64,000 bases of DNA from the NCBI RefSeq assembly GCF_018977255.1, contig NW_024704743.1, positions 44,704,001 to 44,768,000 of the forward strand, in the 5' to 3' direction. Below are positions 13,079 through 25,468 of the stretch, in pieces; positions within the stretch are counted from its first letter, which is position 1, and the number at the start of each line of letters is the position of its first letter. The DNA comes from Callorhinchus milii (taxonomy: Eukaryota). The position numbers and the translations under genes were made by a program. The notes beneath the pieces are model-generated. The model was not told the origin of the DNA, did no database searches, and worked only from the letters and a program-made list of their open reading frames with translations.

Positions 13079-14040
13079 GAACATAGAAACATAGGAACAG
13101 GAGTAGGCCATTCAGCCCTTCGAGCTGGTTCCACCATTCAATTAGATCATGGCTGATCTGTACCTCAATCCTTTCAATCCTTTCAATTCTGATTTCCCGC
13201 TTTCTCCCCATATCCCTTAATACCCTGAACTGTCAAAAATCTATCAAACTCACCCTTGAAAAATGCTTCCTGATTTCACTCTTAAATGGCCTGGTTCTAA
13301 TTTTAAGACTCTGCCCCTTTATTTTGGATTCCCCCACCAGAGGAAATAGCTTCTCTGTATCTATCCTATCAAACTTCTTTATCATCTTAAATACCTCAAT
13401 CAAATCATACCTCAACCTTCTAAATTCAAAGGAATACAATCCAAGTTTGCGCAGCCTTTTCTCGTGACTTAACCCTTTTAGGCCTGGTAACATTCTGGTG
13501 AACCTGCACTGCACCCCCTCCAGGGCCAATATAGCTTTCCTGAGGTGTGATGCCCAAAACTGAACACAGTACTGCAGGTGGGGTCTGACTGACGCTCTAT
13601 ACAGCTGAAGCATCATTTCTTCCCCTTTGTATTCTAGGCGATTTGAGATAAACATTTCATTCACCTTTTTGATTACTTTTTGCAGCTGGGAACTAGCTTT
13701 TAGTGATTTGTGAATACGGACACCCTTTGCTCCTCCACAGTTCTTAGTTTCTCCTCGTTAAGAAAATATTCTGCTTTATCTATTTTTGATCCATAGTGGA
13801 TGACCTCGCATCTCCCTACATTGAACTCCATCTGCCACAGCTTTGCCCACTCGTTTAATCTGTTTAAATCCCTTTGTAATTTCCTATTCCCATTTACACA
13901 ACTCACTAAGCCTCCTAGCTTAGTGTTGTCTGCAAACTTGGATATAAAACTTTCTAATTCTTTCATCCAAGTAATTTCTATATATGGCGAAAAGCTGAGG
14001 TTCCAGTACAGACACCACTTGTCACGTCCTGCCAATCAGA
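13079..14040 (-). mobile_element. CR1 LINE 3' fragment (RT C-terminal part and 3' UTR)
   Basis: ORFs ISKFADNTKLGG..WAKLWQMEFN and LYRASVRPHLQYCVQFW..LEGVQCRFTRMLPG..RRLRYDLIEVFKM; octamer-like tail (TTCTATGT). Confidence 0.92.
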
Positions 14041-14699
14041 GAACGTTTCCTGGATGCGAATTAATAGCCAAAAGTAGAATAGCATTTTGGCAAACGACCA
14101 CCTCGCAAATAAAGTCCTATTCATATTTTGAATGAATGAATCAAAAACTATAGCCAAAAGAATCCGATTGCCTGCCAGACGCAGAGCAATTTCATCTTTT
14201 TTTGCTGCACTTCGAAAAATGACACACTGAAGTTTTAGTGCCCAAATCATGTTGAAATTGTGGGGTTTCATGTTATTAGATAAGGCTGTAGTTAAACAAG
14301 TACAGCAGCTTGTATTTTTATCCATTACTGACATGAACAGCGATTAGCAATGACACATTTATAATGGAGAATCATTTAATGTCATATGTTATCAGGTCTA
14401 GGGATGGCTGAGAAGTTTCATTATGACGGGCTGCCTTAATCCTTCAAGACAGAGAAGATATTCAGAACACTGTGAAAATAATATTTCTGTAAAATTATTA
14501 TAGATTTAGAAAAATGTAAAGGTATATAGTTTATTGTAATTCACAATTATTTTTTGAATCTCTTGAAAAGGTAACCAGAAGAAGAGATCTGGAATCTTGA
14601 GGAAATGAAATCTGAAGTGCTGGCAATCAACTGCAGGTCAGTGTCAACATCATCATGTTAAGCTAATCATTACATTTGATACTGAGTGTTTTCCTGTCA

Positions 14700-15400
14700 T
14701 CAAGACAACTCAAAGCTCTTCACAGGATTGTATTGTAAAGTGTAGTGACCGTATATTTGTAGGTAAACGTGGCAGCCAATGTTCCACAAACGACCATGAA
14801 GTAAATGATCAATTTTATCTGGGGAATTGTTGGCCAGTGCACCAGGATAATTGCCTTCTCTTTCTGAATATGCCGTGGGAACTTTAACATAATAATAATC
14901 CTTGCATATGATATAGCGCTTTTTCACGTCTTCTCGTCATCTCAAAGCGCTTCACAGAATAGACTGTAAAGTGAACTGACTGTATATATTTTGTGGAGTG
15001 CTCATCGCTGAACAGGCAGATGGGATCTTGGATTGGCACCTTTAACAATGCAGTGCTACTCCTAAACTGTATTGAAGTGTCAGCCTCGACCCAGGGTGGT
15101 TCAACTGGTGGTCCGTGGACCACATCTGGCCCGGGGGATGATTTCAGCTGGCTAGTGAACCATTTGCAACTTCATTGCTCAATGAGCAAATACAGGCGAC
15201 AGGCAAGTCCCGAGCCAATAATTGGGTCACTGGGAGCTCAGGCTCTGCCTGGCAAAGGGACTGGCCAATCAGGATAAAATATTGCTTATGTGGACTAGGG
15301 ACATTTCAAATCGGCTCTCGATCGGCCAAAAGGTTGGACCACTCAGGCCTAGACTATGAGTTCAACATCCCGACATGGGGACTTTGCGCTGACTATGAGG
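14700..15400 (-). mobile_element. Deu-domain SINE hosting a family A tail (14889-14995) and a hAT MITE
   Basis: Colinear SINE pieces on both sides of the inserts. Confidence 0.65.
15092..15346. mobile_element. hAT/Charlie-type MITE (about 255 bp)
   Basis: Imperfect TIRs CAGGGTGGTTCAAC / GTTGGACCACTCAG; 8-bp TSD GCCTCGAC (15083-15090) / GCCTAGAC (15347-15354). Confidence 0.75.
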
Positions 15401-17218
15401 TAAGACACAATGTCTATAAAAGCATTGGCTTCTAATTTTATGAAACTCACAAAACCAGGTTTGATGGTTTCCATTGCTATACAGCGAAATCTGATTAATT
15501 GGTGAGATTGAGAAAATGGTTCATTTTGAATTTTAAAAGTTGACCAAGTTTGAATAAAGGCCAGAGAGCATGATGCCTATTTTGATGGATTGGTGTCTAA
15601 ATGTGTTGCGTCTGTAGTGTTGTGTTATTAGATAAGACAAGTTAAGTGATTACAGCAGGTTGTATTTTTATCAGCACTGACATCTATTACTGACATGAAC
15701 AGTGATTGGCAATGACATATTTATAATGGAGAATCATTATATAACAGAGAACAACAAATTCTTCAGTTAGATTGGCTGTTTAGAGGACATTTCTGTAGGC
15801 AAACTGGCTGCTGTATTTGCCTACATTCCCTAATTACTGTGATGTGCTTTGAGACATTTTGATGTAGTAAGGTGGTATATTAAATGCAAGGATTATTATT
15901 ATTATTATTCATTATAAATATGCCATTCAAACTTTGCTGGCTTGGGATTTGCAATTTGGTGCTGGCAATCTCGCAGTCTGATATCTTGTAAACAGGAAGT
16001 CACAATGACACAAATCCAGTTTGTGATCATTTCTTTTACATTTATCATCTTATATCTTCTCTTCATTTTAAAGATCTTACATAGAATTATATTTGGCTGA
16101 AATTGTCCATGATGGTGTTTACACGCCAAACGAGTCTCCACCCTTCCTATTCCCCATTCCTGTACCTTTCTCTTCCTTTTCCTTCGTGTACGCATGGATC
16201 ATCCCCCCCTAAATCTCCTTTTCCTGTGTCTCTGATGAGAACATGCTCAGCCCAGTGAGTCTCTCTTTTTAACTTAAAGCTCTAAGACCCAGATTCATTC
16301 TTGTCAACTTTCTTTGTACCCTCTCCAATGTCAACGTCCTGTGAAGTCGAAACAATGAACAAAAAAGGAGGATGCAGATGTAGGGAGGGTGCTCTAAGAC
16401 ACCTGGAGCAGGGAAACGTCATATAAACTCCATTCCATTTCGCCATTGCTGCCCTCTACCTTTAGTCACACTTGCTGAGTGTAAAGGCTTTGCCCACTTT
16501 GACTGTTTCGCCTTTACACTCCTCCTTACCCTTTCTTCCTTCTCTTTGTCAGATTTAACTCCGTCACTTTGTGTGGGACACTGCTGTGAGCAATTGACTG
16601 CCGTGTTTCACATGCAAAATTTCTAGTATATTCCTTGAAGCGTTTTGAGACGTCAATGACGTAATAAGGCGCTTTATCAAATGCAAGGATTATATTATTG
16701 TGCTCACTTTGGTCCACCAAATGCCTCTTTTGCCCTCAGTAACTTTTAGCTTCACCTCTTTCCCCATACTCACTTTCCCTCAGGTGCCTCAGTTTGTGTT
16801 CAGTCCAGCAGGTACCAATATTCAGTGGCACACAAGCCACTGAAGAACGATGCACTCTACAGTAAAAAAATGAAGTAGAATCCACAACTTCTTTCAAAAC
16901 TCCAGAATCAAACATCAGAAATATCTCCCTGAATAGTACAGTTGTAAACTAGTTCCCAACAGCCAAGCCGATTTTTAAATTTCTCCCTTAACTTACACAA
17001 AAATGTCAAGAACTTATTGAGAAGAACATCGTTCATTTATGGATCGTGGAGCTCAGACATTTGGGAGTTCAGCTGACTTAATGCTAGTTGTGAGGCTGCA
17101 CTGTATATTCTGGAATCTGGGAATGCTTCACTGGAAAATCCCTGGGGTACAATTATTCAATTCTCTCAGACTGACAGCCGCATTTAACGTTCTCGGAAAA
17201 GAAGTTATAACAAGATTA

Positions 17219-17860
17219 ACAACAACAACAACAACTTGGATTTATATAGCGTCTTCCACGCCAGACGGCGTCTCAGAGCGCTTCACAGTAACGGATCCCG
17301 GGGCCGAGCCGAGGGGAGGGGGAGGAAGGTGACCAAAGGCGCGGTCGAAAAGAAAAGTCTTCAGCAGAGACCGGAAAATAGGGAGAGGAGGGGCGAGGTG
17401 AAGGGGGTAAGGAAGGGAATTCCAGAGCCTCGGGGCATAGTGGCTGAAGGCACGGCCGCCATGGGTGGAACGGAGGACTCGAGGAACGAGAAGGAGGCCA
17501 GACCCAGAGGAAAGAAGGCAACGGAGAGAGGAGGTCAGAAAGGTAGGGGGTTGCAGAGGAGGGATTTCAAGACGGGTGATGGCGAAACCTTGTTCCTCAG
17601 ATTAGGAGCATGGTGGTTGAAGGCACGGCTACTTATAGTTATCTGGAGTGGTCAGGGGACATGCAGCAGGCTTATGTTAGCTGAACAAAGGGGGTGCATA
17701 GAGGAGTGGGTACAAGCAGATCAGAGAAGCCAGGAGGTGCTCTGGTATGAAGGGATTTGCATGTGAGGGTGAGGATCTTGAGGTCAATCTGTTCAGATGC
17801 CACAGAGCCAGTGCAGCCTGGCAAGGTTTCGGATGATGGGCGAGAAGTGAAATTCTCATG
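17219..17860 (-). mobile_element. L2 3' fragments (second subfamily 17219-17580, then an older piece)
   Basis: (CAA)n tail and hairpin; near-identical in reverse to 19840-20258. Confidence 0.85.
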
Positions 17861-18522
17861 ATGTGAAAGGCGCTATATCAAATTCAATTATTTACTTTAT
17901 TAATAATAATAAACTGATCACTAACAATTACAGTCTTTTTGTTATTGGTTCATGATAGGTACACTAATATTAGTGAGTGGCATGAAAATAGACATGGTTG
18001 GACTTGTGGGATTTCACTATTATCTGGTGAAGCGGCTGGAGTGCCAATGCTGAGCCAATGCTTCACGGCCATTGAGTTGAGTTGGGGGAATGGGGGGGAG
18101 GAGGTAGAGGTTGGGGTGTTTCACACCTGCAACCAGTCTTTAGTGATGGATTGTTTCATGTTCAATGTGATCAGTCTGTCTAAAGACCTCGTAATTTTCA
18201 TTCCTATAAATCAGTAGATGTGCCAATAGCACTGAAGTCTGATTGCTCAAATCTCCTGTTGGAGCTGGTTTCAGCAGTACATGGAAGCACTGTGCACTAT
18301 ACACACTAGAGCTGGAAATCAATTCAGTCTTGATTCAAAAACAATTCCTGATTGCTTATTGAACAGTCCAAGTGTAAGGCTTTTAAGGGATCATTTTAAC
18401 ATTAGCCACAGTCCCAGTTCTTTTAATAACATTACAAAATAGCAGGCCAGGGAAGGGTTCTAAGGGGTTTTTGTAACCTCCACTTTTGGACACCGTGGGG
18501 ATCTATCACAAACTGATCACTA

Positions 18523-18925
18523 ACATAAGAACATAAGAATTTGCTAGGAAAAAGAAGACCAAGTTCTATTTAGTTCGCCTTCCACCATCCTGGCAGTTGC
18601 TTGACATGTCATGTCCCAAACTATATACTGTATCTCGAGATATTATTTTCAAGCAGAAATCTAATTGGTTCTTGAAACAAATTATATTTTGTGCTTCAAC
18701 TGTCTCCCTAGGGAGGCTGGTTCCATAAGTTTACTGCTCGCTCACTGAAATAGTGTTTCCGCAGATTTATTCTGAATTTACTTCTCTTCACTTGTAGGCT
18801 GTGTCCTCTGGTTCTACTGTTCAGTACAAAATAAAACAAAAAAAAGATAAAAAATAAAATAATCATGGATTACATTATCTATTCTCTTCAGAATCTTAAA
18901 CATATTAAACAAATCTCAATCATAT
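18523..18925 (-). mobile_element. CR1 3' UTR fragment
   Basis: ACATAAGAACATAAGAA tail; same subfamily as 50945-51080. Confidence 0.75.
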
Positions 18926-19349
18926 TTGCTAACAATTGCAGTCTTTTTGTGACCGGTTTATAATAGGCATTAATGAGTGGCATGTAAAAGACTGATAAAG
19001 AGTCACTTCCAGCTATTATAAACTGGCTGTTAATAACATCTGTCGTGCCATCTTCCACCGCTCACTTAGCAGTATCTCCGATTGATTAAGTGTAACTGGT
19101 AATTAATGGGCTTCAGAATATTTCGGAAGGATTCTAAGGGGTTTTTGTAACCTAAAATGAAGTAATCCTGTTAGAAATCGTTGTTTCTCATGCAGTATAA
19201 TTGTCTAGATTCAAAGGGCCATGAAGTGAAAAATAAATCTTATTAGAGCAAGAATGAGTCTTGACTCTGTTGAAGTAAAATAAGCAAATATGGCTATATT
19301 GGGCAGTATGAGTGAGAATGATCGAATTGAAAAACAGCTCAGATTTAAT

Positions 19350-19452
19350 TAAAACCCAAAATACTGAAGATGCTGGAAATCTGAAACAAAAACAGAAGTC
19401 ACTGGGAACACTCAGTAGGTCAGGCAGCATCCATGGAGAAAGGAAAGTGAGT
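19350..19452. mobile_element. Penelope-like terminal-repeat fragment of the type common in sharks
   Basis: AAAATACTGAAGATGCTGGAAATCTGAAACAAAAACAGAA..CTCAGTAGGTCAGGCAGCATC recalled from shark Penelope-associated repeats; not verified by search. Confidence 0.45.
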
Positions 19453-19817
19453 CAGATTTAATTACTTTAATTAGAGAGTGGTGGATACTGATGAATACAG
19501 TGCACTGGCTTCAGTGCAAAGCAGGTCTGTGTACAACAGGGACTCACTATGGAGCCCCAGTATACCAGATACTTGGGTACACTCGAGGCTCCTGTTGCTG
19601 ACTGACTGGTGCATGGTGGGTGGGCTCTGTCCCCAGCAACCGCTGGAAATGGGTGAAAAATTCAACGCTGGTTAACTTAAACCACAGAACCATTCACAGC
19701 AAAGAAGAAGGTCATTCAGCCCATCGTGTCTATGCCAGCTCCTTGAAGAGCAATACTTTCAGTGCCATTTCTGTGCCCTTTCCCCATACTCCTGAAACTG
19801 ACTCTTTTTATGTATTT

Positions 19818-20258
19818 GTTCTGTTCATTCAAAACTCTGGACTGGCTGCCTCTTCCAGAGAGGATTGATTTCAAGATCCTCACTCTTGTATTCAAATCCC
19901 TGCACTCCTCTGCACCCCCTACCTCTCTGACCTCCTCTCTCCTCAAAACAGTACCCGTTGCCTTCGTTCCTCTGGGTCTGGCATCCTTCTCGTCCCTCGA
20001 GTCCTCCGTTCCACCCTCGGCAACCATGCCTTCAGCCACTATGCCCCGAGGCTCTGGAACTGCCTTCCTCACTCCCTTTGCCTCGTCCCCTCTCTTCCTA
20101 TTTTCAGGTCTCGGCTGAAGACCTTTCTTTTCGATCGCGCCTTTGGTCACCTTCCTCCCCCTTCCCCTGGCTCGGTCCCGTGATCCATCACTGTGAAGCG
20201 CTCTGAGACGCCGTCCGGCGTGGAGGGCGCTATGTAAATCCAAGTTGTTGTTGTTGTT
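19818..20258 (+). mobile_element. L2 3' fragment (second subfamily)
   Basis: ORF LDWLPLPERIDFKILTLVFKSLH; tail GCGCTCTGAGACGCCGTCCGGCGTGGAGGGCGCT and (TTG)n. Confidence 0.9.
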
Positions 20259-20307
20259 CTCTTGACTCATTTTTAAGGTATTTATTCAGTACAGTAATTG
20301 TCCACTG

Positions 20308-20720
20308 TAACAACAACAAAATTACATTTGAATAGCATCTTTCACGTCAGGAGGACATCCCAAAGCCCTAGACAATCAGGGTTTCGGACTCAAGCTCGGG
20401 ATTGGGGAGCATGAAGGGCAGAGGGGTGGGAGGGTGACCGAAGGCACGGTCGAAGAGGAAAGTCTTGAGACCGGTCTTGAAGGAGGCAAAGAACGAGACG
20501 AGGTGGAGGGACTGTGGGATGGAGTTCCAGAGGGTGGGAGCAGAATGGAAGAAGGCCCACCTGCCAATGGTGGGATGGGCAAGGTGGGTGATGTGAAGCA
20601 GGCCAGAGCCCGCTGAGTGGAGGGAGTAAGCAGGTTCGTAGGGGCTGTGAGACAGTGGCGGAGCCGGGTGATGCTGCGGAGCTGGTGGAAGGGAAATCGG
20701 GTCAGTGAGAGTGACATGCA
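20308..20720 (-). mobile_element. L2 3' fragment with internal deletion
   Basis: (CAA)n, hairpin, reverse complement of PTIGGRAF..LKTFLF coding sequence. Confidence 0.8.
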
Positions 20721-21534
20721 GTGTCCATAAATCTGTGTAGAAATTAGTTATTTTCCCTGATTAGCACTTGCAGCCTGTAGCCTCTCACCTCAAGTACATT
20801 TATAATCATTGCCATGTGCAGGGCCTTGGAGACAGCAAAAACAGGCATCTGTCCTACAAACACAATTTTAAAAAATGGCAAAAACAAGCAAACAATTTTG
20901 AGCATTTTTCTTCTACTCTCTGTCATGTTCACCAGCAACTGCAACCGATGCGAGAGCCTCAGAAAACCTTTGCTGGACTTGGCACTTTTTACCTTCCTTT
21001 GCCTTCCAAGCAAATTCATTCTGCAAAGATTGGAGCTGATCTTGAAGACACCACAGAGACAGGAAAGCAAAGCTAAGCTAATGGCACTCTCCATTTACAG
21101 CAGTAAATTGAATCCCTTGGTGAGCTTGTCAGCTCCCGTGCTCATTCAGATCCTATCATGCTTTCACCTACTTTTGCTGGTGCCACTCAGCACTCTCCTA
21201 ACCCCCCTCAGCTTGTCTGCAGTCCTCAGCTCATATGTTTGATGGTACTTTTTATGATTTCTGCGATACAATCTTCTGAATTTAATTGGTTTGATTTACT
21301 AACTGTTTAGTGTTTTTGGGGTTTTTGCTCTTGACAACATTTGGGTTTCTTACTAAATATTTTGTCAATATTGCGTCAGTGTTTACTTGATGTGTTTTGT
21401 TTGCTAAGGGCTCATCTTTCAACAGTGCCAATCCTTTTGTTTATTTTCTCTGACACTTTACTAATAAATTCTCTTTTCTTACAGCTGATATTTTACCAGT
21501 AATAGCCCTGGTGAATGGTTTTGATAGCTATGTC

Positions 21535-22352
21535 TAGGGCTTCCGTTTTTCCGGCCTTTCACTTACTGTACTAAGATGATTCAGATGGGCTTGTGCACAG
21601 GGAGAGGAGAGACTCTCAGTGTTGCAGGCTAGTCTGCTGAAGAGTTTGCATGTGAGAGGAGATGGCACTGCGCAAGCTTGAGCGCTCCTCTCTTCTTCCA
21701 TGTGCACAGATATGTCTGGTGCATGTGCAATGCCTCTCTTCTCTCACATACACACACTTCACCAAACGGTCTGTACACAGGGAGGGGTGAAAGGCGCCCT
21801 CATCCTCTCACACGTGGTTCATCAGACGTGCCTGCGCACACAGAGGAGAGGGAGAGATGAAGAGGAAGAGTAATGGATGAGCATTTGACACAACAGGGCA
21901 CTCACTGCCGAGAGCGAGCAAGAGAGAGAAAACCTCACCTTGGAGTTACACTGGGACAGGTATTTCTGGTGTTTTTCTGATGTTTATTGGACAAATTGAA
22001 TCTGCCTGATCAAGTGGACATTAAAGATTCAATGGCATTAGTTCAAAAGGAAAGAGAGTTTCTCCCGATGTCCTGGCCAACAATCCTCTAAATAAGCTTG
22101 GTCATCTATTTCATAGCTGTTTGTGGGAAATTGCTGTGTACAATTGTGCTGTCCTGTTTGCCTACAAGTACACAGTCACTCCATTTCATAGTAAATCCTG
22201 TGAAACACTTTGAGACTTCTTTCCGATGAGATAAAGCGCTATACCAAATGCGAAGATTATTATAAGGATTATTATAAACACCAATTTCAATTATTTTGTA
22301 TTCGGAGTGTTTTATCCGTATTTTCGGTTAAAACTGAAAATCAGAAACCCTA
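21535..22352. mobile_element. Non-autonomous hAT (Ac-like TAGGG termini) element containing a Deu SINE (21985-22275)
   Basis: TIRs TAGGGCTTCCGTTTTTC / GAAAATCAGAAACCCTA; 8-bp flanks GCTATGTC (21527-21534) / GTTATGGC (22353-22360) match at 6 of 8. Confidence 0.7.
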
Positions 22353-22445
22353 GTTATGGCACAATTGTAGAGGCACTGACTCTCACATTGTCGTTGTCCT
22401 CTTTGCTTAATAATAATACTTGCATTTGATCCTTACATTTGATAT

Positions 22446-25113
22446 CACTCAAAATCCTCCTCCTCTACCGGCCCCCTAAAACTTCTCCCACCTTCATCTC
22501 CGATATTTCGACACTTCTTACATCTCTCTGCCTCTGCTCTGATCGCCTCATCATCCTGGGCGACTTCAACCTGCACTTCACCCCCTCCTGCTCCATCTCC
22601 TCAGACTTCTCTTCCCTGCTCTCCTCGCTCAACCTCTCCCTCCACATCAACTTCCCCACTCACAGTCACGGCCACCCACTCGACTTGGTGATCACCCGGG
22701 GCCTCAGTGTCTCGGATGTCACTATCACCGACAAGGCCGTCTCCGACCACCACTTCATCTCCTTCACCACCTCCACCCCCCTCCCCACCTCCACCAGACC
22801 CACCACCATCTTCTACCGCCCCTGGAAGAAGTTACCCCACAATCCCTAACCGCTGCCTTGGAGTCCTCTGAACTCCTCTCCCTCTGGCCTTCAACCCTCA
22901 CTGACCCCTCTTCTCCTCTCACCCTCCTCCACAACACCCTCTCCTCCACACTCGATACTCTTGCCCCCATCACCTCCCATACTGTCTCCTACTCTCGCTC
23001 CTCCCCCTGGTTCACCACCCACCTCCGCTCACTGAAGAGCCAGGTGCGGGCCGCTGAACGCACCTGCGTCAAATCTGGCCTAACGGTCCACCGACAAATC
23101 TGGCTGGACCTCCTCAAAATCTACCGCTCCACTCTAGCCTCGGCCAAGTCGTCCTTCTACTCCAGGATAATCCTGGAGGCGAAGAACAACCCCAGGCTAC
23201 TGTTTTCTACCACATCCCGACTCCTCCGTCCCCCCCGCCACCCCGCGCAGGTCATCTCCTCCAACCTTCACTGCGAGGAGATGCTGGATTTCCTTGAATC
23301 CAAAATCAAGGGAATTCGCTCCGCGGTCACTTCCCCTCCAACATCCACCAACCCCCCAACCCCTCCCTCCCACACTCCGACTCCTACCCATCCTCCCCTA
23401 CACTTTCGTACCTGTTTCCCCACCCTCTGCACCAAATTCATCCCTGAAACCCACCATCTGCTCCCTTGACCCCATCCCTACTCCACTCCTTATCTCCCAG
23501 CTCCACCTCCTTGCCTCACATATCACAGACATCATCAACCTGTCCCTCTCCTCTGGCTCTGTTCCCATTCCCTTAAAAACTGCCACCATCACTCCCACCT
23601 TGAAAAAACCCTCCCTTGATGCGTCGCAGCTATCAAGCTACCGGCCCATCTCCAACCTCCCCTTCCTGTCCAAGATTCCAAGGTCCTGGAAAGAGTTGTC
23701 GCCTCCCAGCTGCGCTCTTTCCTCTCCACCCATTCATTATTCGAACCCCTTCAGTCGGGTTTCCGTGCTGCCCATAGCACAGAAACTGCCCTGGTCAAGG
23801 TCACCAATGACATCCTGACCATCTGTGACCAGGGCTCCCTCTGCCTCCTCGTCCTCCTCGACCTATCGGCAGCATTCGATACGGTCGACCACACTATCCT
23901 CCTCCACCGCTTGTCCTCCCACCTCAACCTTCAAGGCCCTGTCCTTGAATGGTTTAGGTCGTACCTCTCCCACCGTCTTCACTTTGTTTCCACGAATGGC
24001 TTTTCCTCCGCCCCCGCACTGTCTCGTGCGGTGTCCCTCAGGGCTCTGTCCTCGGTCCCCTCCTCTTCACCCTCTATATGCTCCCCCTTGGTGACATCAT
24101 CCGCAGACATGGGGTTAACTTCCACATGTATGCGGATGACACCCAACTCTACCTTTCCTCCTCTACTCTCAACTCCACGACCACCGATGTCCTGACAGCT
24201 GCCTGTCCGACATCGAGTCCTGGACGAGAGACAACTTTCTTCAGCTCAACGTGCGTAAAACTGAGGCCCTCCTGATTGGCTCACGTCAGCGCCTCCGCAC
24301 CTCAGGCGCTGACAGCATCAGCATCCAAGGCTGCACTCTCCACCTCTCAAAGCCAGTCAGGAACCTCGGCGTTCTGTTCGACCCTGAGCTGTCCTTTCTC
24401 CCTCATATCCGCGCCACAACTGGCACCGCCTTCCATCACCTCCGGAATATCGCCAGACTACGGCACTACCTCACCCCTCACGCTGCTGAAACTCTGGTCC
24501 ACGCCTTTATCACCTCAAGGCTGGACTATGGGAACTCTCTCCTCGCCGGCCTTCCCGGCACCTCCCTCCACAAGCTGCAGGTCATTCAGAACTCTGCAGC
24601 TCGTGTACTGTCCCGCACCAGGCTTCGGGACCACATCACTCCCACCCTCGCTCGCCTCCACTGGCTCCCCATCCCCCAGAGGATCGAATTCAAGATCCTC
24701 ATCCTCACCTACAAGGCCATTCACGGCCTTGCTCCCTCCTACCTCTCCGACCTACTATCCCCCTACCTACCTGCCCGTACCCTCCGTTCCTCTGGCTCCG
24801 GTCTGCTCCACATCCCCCGCCCCAACCGCCCTACCATCGGTGGCCGGGCCTTCAGCCTCTCAGCCCCGAGGCTCTGGAACTCCATCCCCCAGTGCCTTCG
24901 CCGCCTCCTCCCTTTCCTCCTTCAAGGCCGGTCTCAAGACCTTTCTTTTTGACTGTGCCTTCAGCTCCCCTCTCGACTCTCTACCCCCTCCTCGCTCCCT
25001 CCCTTCCCTCACCCTGACCATTTCCCCCCTGCTCGGGTCCTGACCCAACTGTACAGTGCCTTGGGACGTCCTCCCGACGTGAAAGGCGCTCTTTAAATGG
25101 AATCTTGTTGTTG
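22446..25113 (+). mobile_element. L2 LINE, 5'-truncated, 2.7 kb; frameshifted ORF2 (partial APE endonuclease + RT)
   Basis: APE motifs YRPPK, ILGDFN, PTH..GHPLDL, SDH; RT motifs [44 protein letters not shown]; (TTG)n tail; TSD TTGATAT at 22439-22445 and 25114-25120. Confidence 0.96.
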
Positions 25114-25468
25114 TTGATATAGCGCATTATCACTGGAAGTGTTGTGACTGTGCATTTGTTGGCTAACACGGCAGCCAATTTGCATGCAGCAATTCAAAAT
25201 AACTAATGAATTTCATCTGGGAAATTGTTGGTCATGGCACTGGGAAAAACTCTCTTCTCTTTTTGAGTCGTGCTCTGGGATATTTAACACCCATCTGGAT
25301 AGGCAGACGGGACCTCAGGTTAATGTCTCATCCAAAGACAATACAGCATAACTCCAGCACCACATTGGAGTAGCAGCATAGATTACAGGTTCCAAGTTTG
25401 ATGTGGGCCTTGAACCTACAACCTTTTAACTCAAGCGCGAGTGCTACAGATTGAGGCAGGCTGACACA
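25114..25468 (-). mobile_element. Deu-domain SINE whose tail end (22409-22445) was split off by the L2 insertion
   Basis: Tail CCTT[A/G]CATTTGATAT|AGCGC continues across the L2; Deu core and tRNA head end at ..GGCTGACAC. Confidence 0.8.

Noticed and set aside
16232..16260. CTGATGA hammerhead-like core
   Set aside because: No stem II followed by GAAA and no cleavage helix.
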